63,111 nt of DNA, filler included, from Olpidium bornovanus S191 (GCA_017911155.1; 28 parts of 28 records of this genome joined end to end with filler, not necessarily neighbours in it), one strand, 5' to 3'. Positions 40,612-52,396 are shown, counted from the first letter of the whole stretch. The notes: generated from the sequence alone by a model not told the origin. Program-made: numbers and translations.

Positions 40612-41064
40612 TTATCCGGGCTTGGGACCGGTCCCGGTCGCGAAGGGCACGGAAGCTGCATTAAGCCCCCCGGGGGAAAGAGCAATGGTCCCCCCCCCTC
40701 CCCGGGGTGACCCACCGAACCAAACCATTCCTCGCCTTGATCGGAGAAGGGTTCGGAGGCTCATTAGGAAGGTACGCGGCCCCCTAGGTCTGGGGGCCGG
40801 GGTTCGGTGTCGCCGCCTGCGGTAGAGCGCGCCCCCCGACGCTAACCGCCCCAGCGGCCTGCTGGGAGGCAACGCGGGCGGACGCCGCCCGCCGGAACGC
40901 GCACCCGGCTCGGCGGCGGTGGGCGCCGGGTACGAAATTCCCGTTGTTGTTGGAGGAGGAGACCTGAGTTGGGAGAAGGTGTTTCGACGCGGCGGGGCCC
41001 GAGGTCGGGGCAGCGGCGGCGGGGCGTCTGTGGGTAGCGGAACTGGGGAAAAAGAGGACGACAT
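40612..41064 (-). CDS. Possible Pro/Arg-rich N-terminal exon of an unknown gene
   Basis: ATG in an A-rich context (AAAACAATG) opens MSSSFSPVPLP...RRNTFSQLRS. No domain recognised. Confidence 0.25.
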   Translation of the reverse strand: MSSSFSPVPLPTDAPPPLPRPRAPPRRNTFSQLRSPPPTTTGISYPAPTAAEPGARSGGRRPPALPPSRPLGRLASGGALYRRRRHRTPAPRPRGPRTFLMSLRTLLRSRRGMVWFGGSPRGGGGTIALSPGGLNAASVPFATGTGPKPG

Positions 41065-41318
41065 TGTTTTCTTTTTCTTTTTTGCGCCGCGCGGGGGAAG
41101 TGTCTTTCTTTGCTTTCTATCTCTCTCTCTCCGGTGACCTCGTCCCCTCGGAGCCTTCCGGCTCCCTTTGTTCCTTCTTGTTTTTTTTTCTTTTCGCGCG
41201 CGCCTTTTGGGCTAGAATGTGGGAGCGTTCGTGTGTTTGTGTGTGTGCGAGAGCGAGAGAGTGTGTCCGCCTGGAGCGTGGTCTGGGAGGGTCCGGGATG
41301 AAGGGGGGGGGGGGGGAG

Positions 41319-41362
<44 letters not shown>

Positions 41363-41481
41363 CAGCGGGGGATTACGTTACNNNNNNNNNNNNNNNNNNN
41401 NNNNNNNNNNNNNNNNNNNNNNNNNTTAATTAATTAANNNNNNNNNNNNNNNNNNNNNNNNNNNNNNNNNNNNNNNNNNNN

Positions 41482-41848
41482 AATACAACAGCCAACGCCG
41501 TCACCACCACCCCTCCTCAAAGAAAAAACAACAAAAGGAAGAACCATGGGGACCGCCCGTCGGGCTCCTCGGTTTGACAGCTCACCAGTTCCCGCGCCCG
41601 CCAACGCCGGGAGCGACACCGCCGGCGGAGAGACCAGCGTGAGCGACGGAGGCGGCGAGCACGGCGAGCACGGCAAGGAGAGAGAAAGGGAGGAGGGGAG
41701 GCCGACAGGGGACGGGGTGAACCGAGAGAGGTCGAGATGGAAGAACAGGAAGCCGTCGCCGTCCACGTCGCGGCGACCGTCGCCTGGGCCGCGAAGCACG
41801 GGCTCCGACCCGTCACCTACAGCGAAGCGACGAAAAGTCACTCCCTAG
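41482..41848 (+). CDS. Probable C-terminal exon of a low-complexity nuclear protein
   Basis: The frame is open from the contig start to a stop at 41846-41848 and ends in the NLS-like AKRRKVTP. Ser/Arg/Glu-rich. Confidence 0.35.
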
Positions 41849-42316
41849 CCGTATGAGACGGCGACCCGTACTCGTTGGAAAACAGTTTAAGTCCCGGCAT
41901 GTTCACGCGCGTAAACGGGCGCGGCATGAAATTTACGGCCGTAAACTTTCGAGCGCAGAGGGCGGGCGGTTGTGTGTAGTGCGCGGGCCGTTCACCAGCG
42001 TCGGACGCTCGAGATTTGCACGCCAGGTCGCGGTACTTCGCGAAAAGCAGAGTTGCGATACAGGGCCGCCCCGAAAATATTCCGCCCCAGAACCTTCAGA
42101 AACTTCATGAGACACCCGCGCCCGCGGTCGCCCACCCGCCGCCGGAGCCGGCGTGCTCGCTGACGCTGGGCACTTAGACGGGTAAATTAGAGTCGCTGAG
42201 GTCGGCAGGCGTAAACGTCGGCAGGCGGACGCCCCCCCCCCTTCTCCCAAAAAAAAAAACAACAAAAGGAAGGATTGGGGTCTAAACGGGAAGAAGGACT
42301 GTTCGGGTAGGCTTGC

Positions 42317-42558
42317 ATGCCGTTTGGTTTGACGGGTGCACCTGCGACGTTCCAAAAAATGATGGATATGGTGTTAGCGGGGCGAAACGGCAATGCAGCC
42401 TGGTCAACCTGGACAATGTCGTAATCTTCTCATGTACGTTTGGGGACCACGTCCGAGATGTCCAGATTGTTTTTGACCGCTTGTCGGAGGCAGGGCCCAA
42501 AACGAAATGGCCGTGAAAATAGAACTGCTTTAGGGTGTCCACGGTGCAGTTCCTGGTT
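42317..42558 (+). mobile_element. Degenerate Ty3/gypsy reverse transcriptase fragment
   Basis: MPFGLTGAPATFQKMMDMVLAG, a frameshift, then LVNLDNVVIFS...HVRDVQIVFDRLSEAG...VQFL. The YLDD motif has decayed to NLDN and stops are present. Confidence 0.88.
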
Positions 42559-43339
42559 GTTCGCATTGTCGGCGCGCATCCGGGATTTTCTTTTGAGTAA
42601 AAGCCTTTGCAAACATGCTTCAGTTAGATGCCATAGACATGTTATTATGAAATACTATAGCAATGGCCAATAAATCCTTTGATTAATTAATAGGTTCATA
42701 ACTTCCAATAGCAGAGCAGATGAATACCAAACAGCGGTGCAGCGGCCTCCAAGAGTGTTGTACTGCAACGAAAAACCAACAACGTGTGCTGTTCATTTGC
42801 GCTCATGTTTGCCTGGCGACCAGCGTTCATCGGCTACCTGGGTGAAGCCGCTGACAACAAGTGAAACCAACCGCGCTCTTGCCTCATCCACTCTATTCTT
42901 GTAGAAGCAGTACGTTTTTTCTTCTTTATCCGCCCATTCCCCCTGAGCCCGTAAGTTCGGAGTACACTCCGCCGTTAACGGGGCCGGTTCCCACAGTCGA
43001 CGGCAGACGGGATTTACAACGATCCGCGGTTCGCATTCGAGACACGGTATCGCGAAAAACGTCACGGCAGCAGTGGTCCGCTGCCACGCTTATGACGAGC
43101 ACAAACATAGATTTCGACTCCCGAACTAGCCTCGCTGAAAAGCCGAAGGCCCCACGGAACAAAAGAAAAAAGCAAGATTCGCGAACGTTGAAGGAATCAA
43201 AGAAAATGATTCAACTTGACAGCGGCCCGCTTCCCGCTCGGAAATAGCGCGAATCTCTTTCCAAACGTCTATGTCCAAGCAGTCGATAACGTGCGATCCG
43301 ATGTTCCTCACCGGATTGTACGATCTGACCAGTTACCTG

Positions 43340-43450
43340 TGGTACGGCCAGAAGGATATCGAGTCGACGTCGATCTCCAGGGTGATCAACTCGGGAGAAC
43401 GGACCACGGGAGCGAACTGCGTCGTGGTGATAGCGTCCGCGGGCTTTAAT
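43340..43450 (-). CDS. Isolated probable coding exon, unknown protein
   Basis: PADAITTTQFAPVVRSPELITLEIDVDSISFWPYHR is followed by a GTAACT donor. Codons are GC3-rich. Confidence 0.3.
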
Positions 43451-43571
43451 CAGCAAGACGCCATCATCATGNNNNNNNNNNNNNNNNNNNNNNNNNNNNN
43501 NNNNNNNNNNNNNNNTTAATTAATTAANNNNNNNNNNNNNNNNNNNNNNNNNNNNNNNNNNNNNNNNNNNN

Positions 43572-44204
43572 CATGATAACAAAGTGCGCCTTCTGCAGGC
43601 CGAGTCCTCTGGCGACCTGCTCGCCGTGGTACTCGGTGACGTGGGTGGGGCATCCGTACAGCAGCAGCGAGCGGGAGAAGAGCACGAGGAAGCGTTCCGC
43701 TTGCCGCTCCTGCTTCCCCTTGTCCGCGGCGGCGGCGGCGGCGGCGTCGGAGCCGGCACGGGCGCCATCCTCGGCCAGAGCCGCCAGCGCCTGCTTCCCT
43801 TCAGACGCGCGCCGGCCAAGCCGCGGATTCAGGGCGTCTTGCTGCTTCACGAACTCGTCGAGCAGGCTCTTGATTGCTTCCTTGTGCTGCTTGGCCTCCG
43901 CCATCGCCTCGACTGGCGTTTTGCGAGGTGAGTTCGGCGGCCGGGCCAGACCCAGCACGAACCGCTTGAACCTGGAATGCGCCGCGGGGACCTGCAGGTG
44001 GAGGTAGCGCCGCTTTTCGTTCGGGGCCGCAGGAGGGGGCTGCGTACGGCCTAGATCGGTTTCTGCATCGGATACGGTCGCCGGCGCCGCCGCCGCCGTG
44101 GACTCCTCGGCGGCGGCGGCGGCGGCGGAGGCTTCGGTGTCGGCGACGCCCTTCTCGTCGCCTTCGTCGTGGCCAAGAGAAACGTACTTTGCCGTCGGAG
44201 GCAT
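43572..44204 (-). CDS. Prm10-like / ThrE threonine-serine exporter family membrane protein, N-terminal part
   Basis: A low-complexity N-terminus is followed by RQAERFLVLFSRSLLLYGCPTHVTEY...VARGLGL, matching the start of the ThrE/DUF1212 domain (F...L.RALM.YGAPTHRLE). Truncated at the contig end. Confidence 0.72.
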
Positions 44205-45341
44205 GCTGTTTGAGGCGGCAGCAGGAAGACGGACGACTCCGGCGTTCCCGCTCCGCACGCGACGCGAGGACCGGTCGGGGAGCGGAGATTAAATTCGCGC
44301 CGGGCGGCGGCGCTGCGACCGACAAGTCGGCAGACGGCGAGGAGGCCAGCAGCTGCCTCCGGCCGGGGAAGTCGTCGACGGATGCAAGGCGGGGGAGGCG
44401 GGAGCTCTTGAAGCTGTGGCGCAAATGGAGGGCCCTCGGGTGCCCGGGTACGAACGAGCCCGCGAACACCGCCACCTGCCACCCGCGAAGGCGGCGGCCA
44501 AGCATGGCAATGACTACAAAGCAAAAAAAAAAAAAAAAAAAAAGCTGTTCGCGCGTGGTTCGCGCTGTCCGCATCGGTCTGTGGTTCTTCCGGTCTCTTT
44601 CTTCCCATGCATTTCTAGAACGGTGTGCTCGCGCGCTGCTTCCACTGGCTCCCACGGCAAGGCGGCGCCGAACGAGACGGACGGTCGGGCACAAAACGTC
44701 CCGGGACCTTTTTGGCGGACACTTGCGATCGCCTGACAAGGAACATGCACGCATGCGTGAACGGTTGTGTCACCCCGCACGCTCATTTAGATGCGTTGGA
44801 ACGAAACGACTCTTGGTCCAAAATACATACACATTGAACGCATAAGGTTGTGGCCCCTAGCCGGCTCTCAAGTGCCATCGTGGCCTAGCACTTCCCTTAG
44901 AGAACATAGGTCTATAAGCGTCTAGTGACAAATGTAAACTGCACGGTTGCACTTCGCAGATCCTTCCACCAAATTCGGACACGCGTGCTTTCGCCAGACT
45001 TTCACAACATCTGCCTTTGGTTCTAACGCCGCTCTGTTCATATTTTTCGCATCCCTCTCGGTATGCGGGTGATACGCATCACTTTTGAAGCGTTTAACAG
45101 CGGACACGGGGGACGCAGGTTCACGCGTCACGGAAGATCTTTTTTATTAATATAAGTCTCCACATCGAACAACTGTGACGGCATATGAAGGCCAAATTCT
45201 TTCGAAGGGGTGTGGTATCCAAAGGGAGCTGAGAATACAGGTGCAGGTTGCGATAGGCTATACGTGGAAATAGAGAACATGTGCGCAGCTGTATGGAGAT
45301 AAGCAGCCGGCCGGCGTGCCCTGGCCGAATTTTGCAAGTTT

Positions 45342-46471
45342 TTATCTGCATAGCTCGTGTTTTCTGCGGTACTCCACAAGGTCCTTTATCGTGATCATCA
45401 ACAGGCCGTGCTGGCGCGCGAATGTGCGGCAGTCGTCTCGGCGCATCATTCGGCCGTCATCCAGCATCAGCTCGCCGATTACCGCTGCGGGCTGCATTCC
45501 AGCGAGTTTGCAAAGATCTACCAAGGCAAGAACGCGCAAACAAAAGATCACCAGAGGGATTTTTTGAGCGGGGGCGCGGGGTGAACGCAAAATAAAAACA
45601 AAAAAAGAAAAAAAATAATATCCATCCGCAATTCAGTCGTAGCGTTTCTCCGAAACGTACCGACGGACGCTTCAGTGTGCCCTGTTCGATTCATCACCCC
45701 TCCGTCTACGCAAATGAGGGGTAGAATATGTCCTGGCCGGGCGAAAGATTCTTTCGTCGCGGTCACATCCGCGATCTTGCGGCACGTCAATGCTCGGTCG
45801 TGTGCAGATATGCCCGTTGTAGTGCCTGCGAAGGTGTACGCGTTCATCAGCCGCCAACATAACTTAAACAATGGTTTTGCGTTGCCGGAAAAGGATTCGC
45901 TCACCGAATCTGTAATCGCAGGAGATGGCGTACGCCGTTTTGTACTTGTCCGTACTGTTCGCCACCATTAGCGGCAGCTCAAGGTCGCGGAGCCGTTGTG
46001 CTGTCGCTGGGCAGCAGATGTACCCGCTGTCGGTCCGCGCAACCACGGCGTTATCGAGAGTGGACGTTCGACGATATTTTCCACTGCGCCAAAGTATCTG
46101 ATGGCTTCCGCGTATCCCCGTCCATACCTCGAATACCGGATCAAGAACGCCATCTTCTCTGTGGTGCATTTTTCCGCTGCAATTACAAGGTCGCCCTCGT
46201 TCTCCCTGTCCTCGTTGTCCACGACTACCACGAACTCGCCGGCAGCTGCGACGCGGACCAGCCGTGAGAGCGGGCGGAGCGAGAAAAAGCTGAGTTCACC
46301 GAAACAGACGTTCCACTGTCCGCGCGACCGCTTCCGTCTGAAAACAATAGCAGTTTGGACACGACACATACCGAAGGCCGTGATTGCATCGTCGACACTG
46401 TCGAACACTTCACCGTGTACACCGTTCTGGTGGGTGCAGTGCTGCCCATCACCGTTTAGCGTATCTGGCAT
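45342..46471 (-). CDS. RIB3: 3,4-dihydroxy-2-butanone 4-phosphate synthase (riboflavin synthesis), complete, 5 exons
   Basis: [11 protein letters not shown]|[25 protein letters not shown]...SGYIC...LPLMV...[12 protein letters not shown]|[13 protein letters not shown]...RPGHILPL...RTGHTEASV|DLCKLAG...IGEL...[11 protein letters not shown]. Confidence 0.97.
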
Positions 46472-48764
46472 GCCGTATTGAACGTCTGCACAAAAGGGCA
46501 GGCGCGCTTGTACGGATCAGATTCTGAGGCGAGGCCATCATTTGTTGCCGCGGGCAAGAACGCTCGTGCGGCGCACCGAGCGGCTCTGGGCGTCGTAAAA
46601 GTAGGGCGCCCACACCGGCCGGACGGCAAAAAGTCGACGGGCACTGCGATGGGAGACCCGGGGCCAGCACAAGCCAGGAAATCGGCGCCGGTCGCAAGGA
46701 GGCGGAGGAGCGTGCGCCGCCGCAAAGCCACTCCGCGCAGTACCTGCTTCCGCTGCTGAGCGCGAGGCGCGAGGTGCGAGCTGCAGTGCGGATTTCGGGC
46801 GGCGGTTCCTCCGGCTCCCTTGGTCTCGTTCAGGTAAGAGGGCGACTTTGGCCGGTGGCCCGTGGCGGCTTGACGACCACCCCCGTTTTGTAGCACCTGT
46901 GTCAATCAATAAACCGAGCTGATTCAATCTGCTTTGCCGGCCCCCAATTCCTCGGGCGGTACTTTTAAGCCAATTATTTTCAAATCCAACACACTTGGCC
47001 GGTCCCGACGATCACGCAAACCAATATTCTCTACAAATAAAAACAATATCTCTTGATTGGAATGATATCGAAACTACCCAGGTCAATCAATTCGAACGGC
47101 CGGTCTGCGAGGAAAAGAAAGGGAGAACGAAAGGAAGAAAAGAGACAGAAGGGATGAAGAAAGGGGGAAGGAGGAACAGAAAGAAAGGAGAAAACTAAGC
47201 GGCAAGTCAAAACCAAAAAAAAAAAAAAGAAAATAGATAAAAAGAAAATCCGGGACATCCCCACTTACTTCAGAGGAATGAAGCCGAAGGGCGAGCGGCC
47301 CTGACACCACCCTCGCTCACGGGTAATCCCGCAGCCCTACGGAGAACTGCTAGCAGTGACCGCGATCTTGCTGCGCGGACCTTCTCCATCCTTCGGTCTG
47401 CCCCGGCCTCTCCACTCTCGTTCGTTTGGAACTGTCCGTTGTCATGAAGTACTGCGACTGAGTTCTGCAGGAGTAGACGGCCAGCTGAGGGCTGCTTTAC
47501 AGGAAGCTGCGAGCCTTAACCTGAAGGCTTTGCCTGCCTCAGGGAAGTTCCTGCTAACCACGTGTTGATATTGACTTTTTCCGGAATCACGGCCGCAGCG
47601 GCATTATCTAACCTAAGCCGCTCACCGATCGCCCATTCCCGCGGGCGTCGCGGTCGCAAGGCATCGGTCTTAATCACTTCTGAGGGACACGGAAGGCCCC
47701 ATCAAACCTACCTTCGAAGCGTAGTAATGCTTCGTCAAGCGCGAAGGATGGGCGCCTTGGTGTGATTATATTAACAGTTTGATTCAATTACAATTCATAT
47801 TTCGGTCCAGTAATTGTGCAGTTGCTCATCGGATCCATTTCTTTATATCTTTAAGGCTAGACATACGACTTTATAGAGAGCAGAAACCCTAAGCATTTCA
47901 ACAATACTGCTCGGCAGGCGCAAAGGAAGTACGCATTAGCGCTCCCGGGCGGGCCTTTCCGAGCGGTGAGAGATCGCGCTGAGAGAACACCGAAAGACAT
48001 TTATAATATTCACAACCCCCCTTGATCGTCATCGTCTGGTCATTTGCCTTTTCCAGAGCCTCTGTCGCAAAAGTGGATCGACAGGTCGACTTTGAGCCTA
48101 CGTGGCCTTCAATTCAAAGCGCCAAGAACTGCCACCACGACTTGCAATGGGGGGATGTCTGGCGATTTCAGGGTGCGCGTCCGCGAGCGGTGAAGCTCGA
48201 AACGTTGGCGTGGAGCGGGAAGGGGGCTCGCTTGATCAACAGCGAAAAGGACGCGGAAATGTAAACCACTTTCTGCGGCCGGTCCGAGCGCCTCCAAACA
48301 CCCGACACGCCGCCGCGAGCAAACAGAGGCGTAGTAGGCAACACCGCCCCCAACGCCTTCCCCCCCCCCCACACTTCCCCGCGCCCCCTTTGCCTTGGGC
48401 AGCGAGAGAGAGAGGGACTGTGTATATCGTGATTTCCATTTATATAAACATAAAATGTATGATGCCATTATAGATGGGAGACCGAGAACCAAAGTTTGAT
48501 TGTCTCTTCGCTCCCGGACTAGGGCAGAAAAGAGAGGCCGGAGAGGCCCCAACCCGCTCGCGCCCGTCCCTGCCCCTCTCTCCGTTCCCGGGTGCGGCGG
48601 TTCGTGCGGGGTACAAAAAAGACGTTTACTCCTCTTCTTGGTGGGGTGGGGTGCGGGGCGGGGGGTGGTTTCTTCCCTCTCAGAACCTCCTGCCGCCGGC
48701 GAACTCTGATATACCAGGCGTCTCTCAAAAACGCGAAACCGGCGGAAGCGTCGCTTGGCACCCC

Positions 48765-49677
48765 ATGGCGGCGACGGTGTCCGCGGAGCCGGTCCTGCTG
48801 CCGTCGGAGGCGAAGAAGGTGCTTGTGCTGGGTTCGGCGGGGAGCGGCAAGACGGCGCTCGTGACGAGGTAGAAACCGCGAGCGGCGGACAGAAGAAAAG
48901 AAAGCAAGAAAAAAAAAAAGAACCCATCTCTCGCTGCTTACCCTAACCTTTTTTTCCGCTGCTCCCCAAAGGTTCGCGTCAAACGCCTTTCTCGACGAGT
49001 ACCAGCAGACATTTGGCGCGGACCTCCTTGTTAAGCAGATCTCCACCGACACGTAGGGCCTCGGAGAGAGAGAGGGGGGGGGGTCAGGAGGGGAGGAGGG
49101 AAATGGAACGCGCGTGTGTGGCGGAACTGCGCGGTCTAGTTTGCCCTCCTCGACTTCTCTGACGTGCGCGCTCACCGTAACCCACGATCCGCCCCGCCCG
49201 GTTAGGAATAAACACACGGTGAACATATGGTGCTGCGGCGGTCACGAGCGGTATCGCGCCTTGTTGGAGCAATTTTACGTGGACGCGCACGTGAGGGGCA
49301 GACCGGTTTCAACCCCGGAATTGGACGAGGGGAAACACGGGGTATCCGCTGAATGCCGAGAGCACATCACCCCGACGCCCCCCTGCAGGCAGCAATCCTG
49401 GTCTTCGATATGCTCAGCGTCAGGTCGTTTGCGGATCTCCCGTTCTGGTACAATGAGGTTCAGAGGTTGGGGTTTTCCCTTCTGCATAGTCGACGGGCAC
49501 GTAATGCGCTTCCGCCGTCCGCACCTGCGCCTTCCTGGTCTTTAAATGGCCCTGTCCGCTGTTTCCGCTTGTCCCCTCCACCCCCCACCCCACCCCTCCT
49601 CCTCCCCGCCCCTGCCCCCCACCCCCTCCGCCTCAAGAGTATGTCCGGACGCCACCATTCTCTTGGTCGGCACGAAG
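48765..49677 (+). CDS. Atypical Rab-like small GTPase (3' truncated)
   Basis: Spliced: KKVLVLGSAGSGKTALVTR|FASNAFLDEYQQTFGADLLVKQISTDT|NKHTVNIWCCGGHERYRALLEQFYVDAH|AAILVFDMLSVRSFADLPFWYNEVQR|VCPDATILLVGTK. G1, G2, G3 and G4 positions are all identifiable. Confidence 0.9.
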
Positions 49678-49959
49678 GTGTGTGCGCACCAGCAAGGGGG
49701 CACCAGCACGTCGNNNNNNNNNNNNNNNNNNNNNNNNNNNNNNNNNNNNNNNNNNNNTTAATTAATTAANNNNNNNNNNNNNNNNNNNNNNNNNNNNNNN
49801 NNNNNNNNNNNNNCTCTCTTTCCTTCCTGTTTTTCTTTTCCCGTGGAAGGAGCTCCGCGTCACGTCTGTAGCATCATGCTTGTGTTCGTGACGTAACCGT
49901 CAGATACCCAATCCCCCCTTCCCCCCCCCCCCCCCCCCCCCCCCTCCCCCCACCCGCCT

Positions 49960-51371
49960 CAATTCCCCTTTAATGTACGTAATTGAGGAGATCGCCTGGT
50001 CTTACAACAGCCCGCTGCGGGCCCGCGCGGTGTTCTTCGCAAACTTTTGGTACAACGGGCGCGGCAGGAGGTCGCGGGGAAAGTGGAGAGGATGGGCCCG
50101 GCATCGAGCGAAGAAGATAGAGTAAGAGCCAGACGCAACCCCGGCCGGCCGGTGCGAGCCGCGGCCTCGCGCCTTCCGCGGTGCTTTGGGCGCAACCGTA
50201 CGCGGACAGGCGTTTCGGCCAGTCGCTCACATGCGGTGCCACTCTCGGGCCGTCGTCGCGAAAACGCGGACAGTCAAAACCCGGCACGCCGGCGAGCGTC
50301 AGTGCCCCCGCCCCGCCTGCACGCCGTCCTCGTTCCCCGTTCGCTCCAAAAGCTTCAGCAGTCCGGAACGGCTCCTCGGCCCGGCAGCCGCGCGCGCGGC
50401 GCGCGGATCGCTGCCGGCGGAGCTTCCCTTCGGGGACGCTTCCTCGGCTCCGCTCTTGCCCTTTGCCGCCGTCCCCGCGGCCGCCTCTCGGCGCCGGGCG
50501 GGATCGGCGGGGTCCGCCGCGTGAGCGCGGCGGAACGCGACCGTCCTCCTGTTGACGGCCCTCGCGACGGCGGTTTCCGAGCGGACGAACCCGCCGATGT
50601 GGCCTCCCGGAAAAGAAGACGCGCCCCCCTGGGACTCGTCGTTGTGCAGGTTTCGGATCATCCGGAGCTTCGACGGCGAGGCGCCCAGGAGGCGTCGCCG
50701 GGGCCGCTAGGGCGCGAAGGACGCGGAAAGACGACGCGCGGATCGAGTTTTGTTTTTTTTTGTTTTTTTTTTTTTTTGGTTTTTTCCCGGTGGGTGTCGG
50801 CCCCCTCGCTGGGGGCGAAGCGGACCGCGAAAGAAAAACGGGAGTGCTCACCTGCGGCGAGGCGTTCTGCTGACGGCGCGACCGCGCGGCGGCCGAGCGG
50901 TCGTTGATGATGCTCAGTATCTCCGAGTTCTGCGTCTCGATGTCCAGCTCTTCTTCCGCGAACGCGCGCGGCGAGAACGGCTCGCCCGCCTTTGGAAAAT
51001 AAGAAAAAAAAGGAAGGGGGGGGGGGGCCTCGGCTTCGTCAGAGATGGCGGCATCTTCGTCCTGGCGGTTGCGAACCGGCGGGGCAAACAAATTCGGGCT
51101 TTGCCGTCCCCCACCAAGCCCGTACCGTGCTGTTCTCCGCGGAGGCGACCGAATCTCGCAAAACGTTCGCGTTCTCAAGGGCCGCGGACTGGCTTTTGCC
51201 GTACGCGCTGAGCCGCGCTTCTTCGTCCTCTGAAGCGAAAGGATCGTCGTATTCGTCGTGCGGTCCTTTTTGTGCGCGCGCAAAGCTCGCGGTTCGCTCA
51301 TCCGCCACTGCGGGGCGGAGCGGAGAAGAGAAACCGGGCGCGCCCGTCGAAAAGGGAAGATCAATTGGCAA
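49960..51371 (-). CDS. Probable multi-exon low-complexity protein, unidentified
   Basis: Protein-like blocks (EYDDPFASEDEEARLSAY; AEEELDIETQNSEILSIIND; KLRMIRNLHNDES) are separated by intron-like T/A-rich tracts with GT/AG ends. No domain recognised. Confidence 0.35.
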
Positions 51372-51560
51372 AACGTGGGAAGAGCTATCACCTCCTCACC
51401 CCCCCCCCCCCCCCCCCCCCCCCCCAACCCCCCCCCCCCACCCCCCCCCCAAAAAAAAAANNNNNNNNNNNNNNNNNNNNNNNNNNNNNNNNNNNNNNNN
51501 NNNNTTAATTAATTAANNNNNNNNNNNNNNNNNNNNNNNNNNNNNNNNNNNNNNNNNNNN

Positions 51561-52396
51561 CATGGAACATTTTGACGTGACTATCGACGAAGGAACGCTA
51601 TACGATCCAGTTGATTTCGGCGTAGAAGGCGAAACCGCCTCAGCGATAGAGATCACGAACGTGGAGACATCTAAGCAAGCCGAAAGGGTACTCTCTTACC
51701 AATTCAAGACTGGGGGAAAGCTACTCTTCAAAATCAAATGGACTGACGAGAGCTTCTCATGGGAAAGCGCGGAGACCCTAGAAGGGTCAGATTTGGTGAC
51801 GGAATTCTGCCAAGCGTGCAACCTACCAATCCCAACACCGGCTGAGGCGGCTGCCATGCGAGCGGATGTTTCCCCGCAATTCCTGGACGAGCCAACGACG
51901 TACCAAGAGGCGATTGAGAGTACGGAATCATCGTCATGGCGGGAAGCCATGACCACCGAGATTAGGACTCTACAAAGCTTCCCTGCATGGGAAATGATAC
52001 CCCGCCCGAAAGACCATAAGGTCCTAAAGGGCAAGTGGGTGTTTAAACGCAATCTCAATCCTGATGAGAGCGTTAACAAATATCGAGCGCGCTTCATTGC
52101 GCAAGGGTTTCGGCAAATCAAAGGCATAGACTTTCAGGAGATGTGTTTGCCTGTCGTCTCCACAGCAGCGCTCCGAGCCATCATCGCCATTGCCATCAAG
52201 AGGAGATGGATCATTCGGCAACGTGATGTCGTCCTTGCCTACCTCAACGGCAAACTTACGAATAACATCTACATGGAGCCCCCAGAAGGCCTGGACAACA
52301 AACCGGGCCAGGTTTGCAAGCTGACCAAAGCTTTATACAGCCTAAAGCAAAGTGGGCGAGTTTGGAACCAGAAGCTCGTCGCACACATATTTCTCG
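51561..52396 (+). mobile_element. Ty1/copia pol fragment: integrase C-terminal end, chromodomain, N-terminal RT
   Basis: A single open frame contains HFDVTIDEG (cf. SRDV.FDE), a chromodomain-like segment at 51673-51813, then EPTTYQEA...WREAMTTEI...KWVFK...KYRARFIAQGFRQIKGIDF...AYLNG...IYMEPPEG...KALYSLKQSGRVWN. It breaks off before the YVDD motif. Confidence 0.9.

Noticed and set aside
46456-46905. N-terminal extension of Rib3
   Set aside because: This ORF is out of frame with RIB3, starts at TTG and stops just inside the RIB3 start region. It is more likely leader sequence.
47380-47550. FMN riboswitch upstream of RIB3 (minus strand has CTTCC..GAGGCAGG and GGATGGAGAAG, resembling aptamer ends)
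   Set aside because: The conserved internal T-loop motifs (GTGAAATTCC twice, ACCG..GGT, AGTC) are absent, and FMN riboswitches are not established in eukaryotes. An Infernal search with Rfam RF00050 would settle it.
49970-51427. Long ORF-track entries in GC-rich regions taken as real proteins (e.g. 49970-51427, 22692-23738, 19663-20535, 4739-5764, 62251-63075)
   Set aside because: They are Arg/Pro/Ala-rich shadow frames, antisense to real exons or running through introns and linkers. High GC suppresses stop codons.
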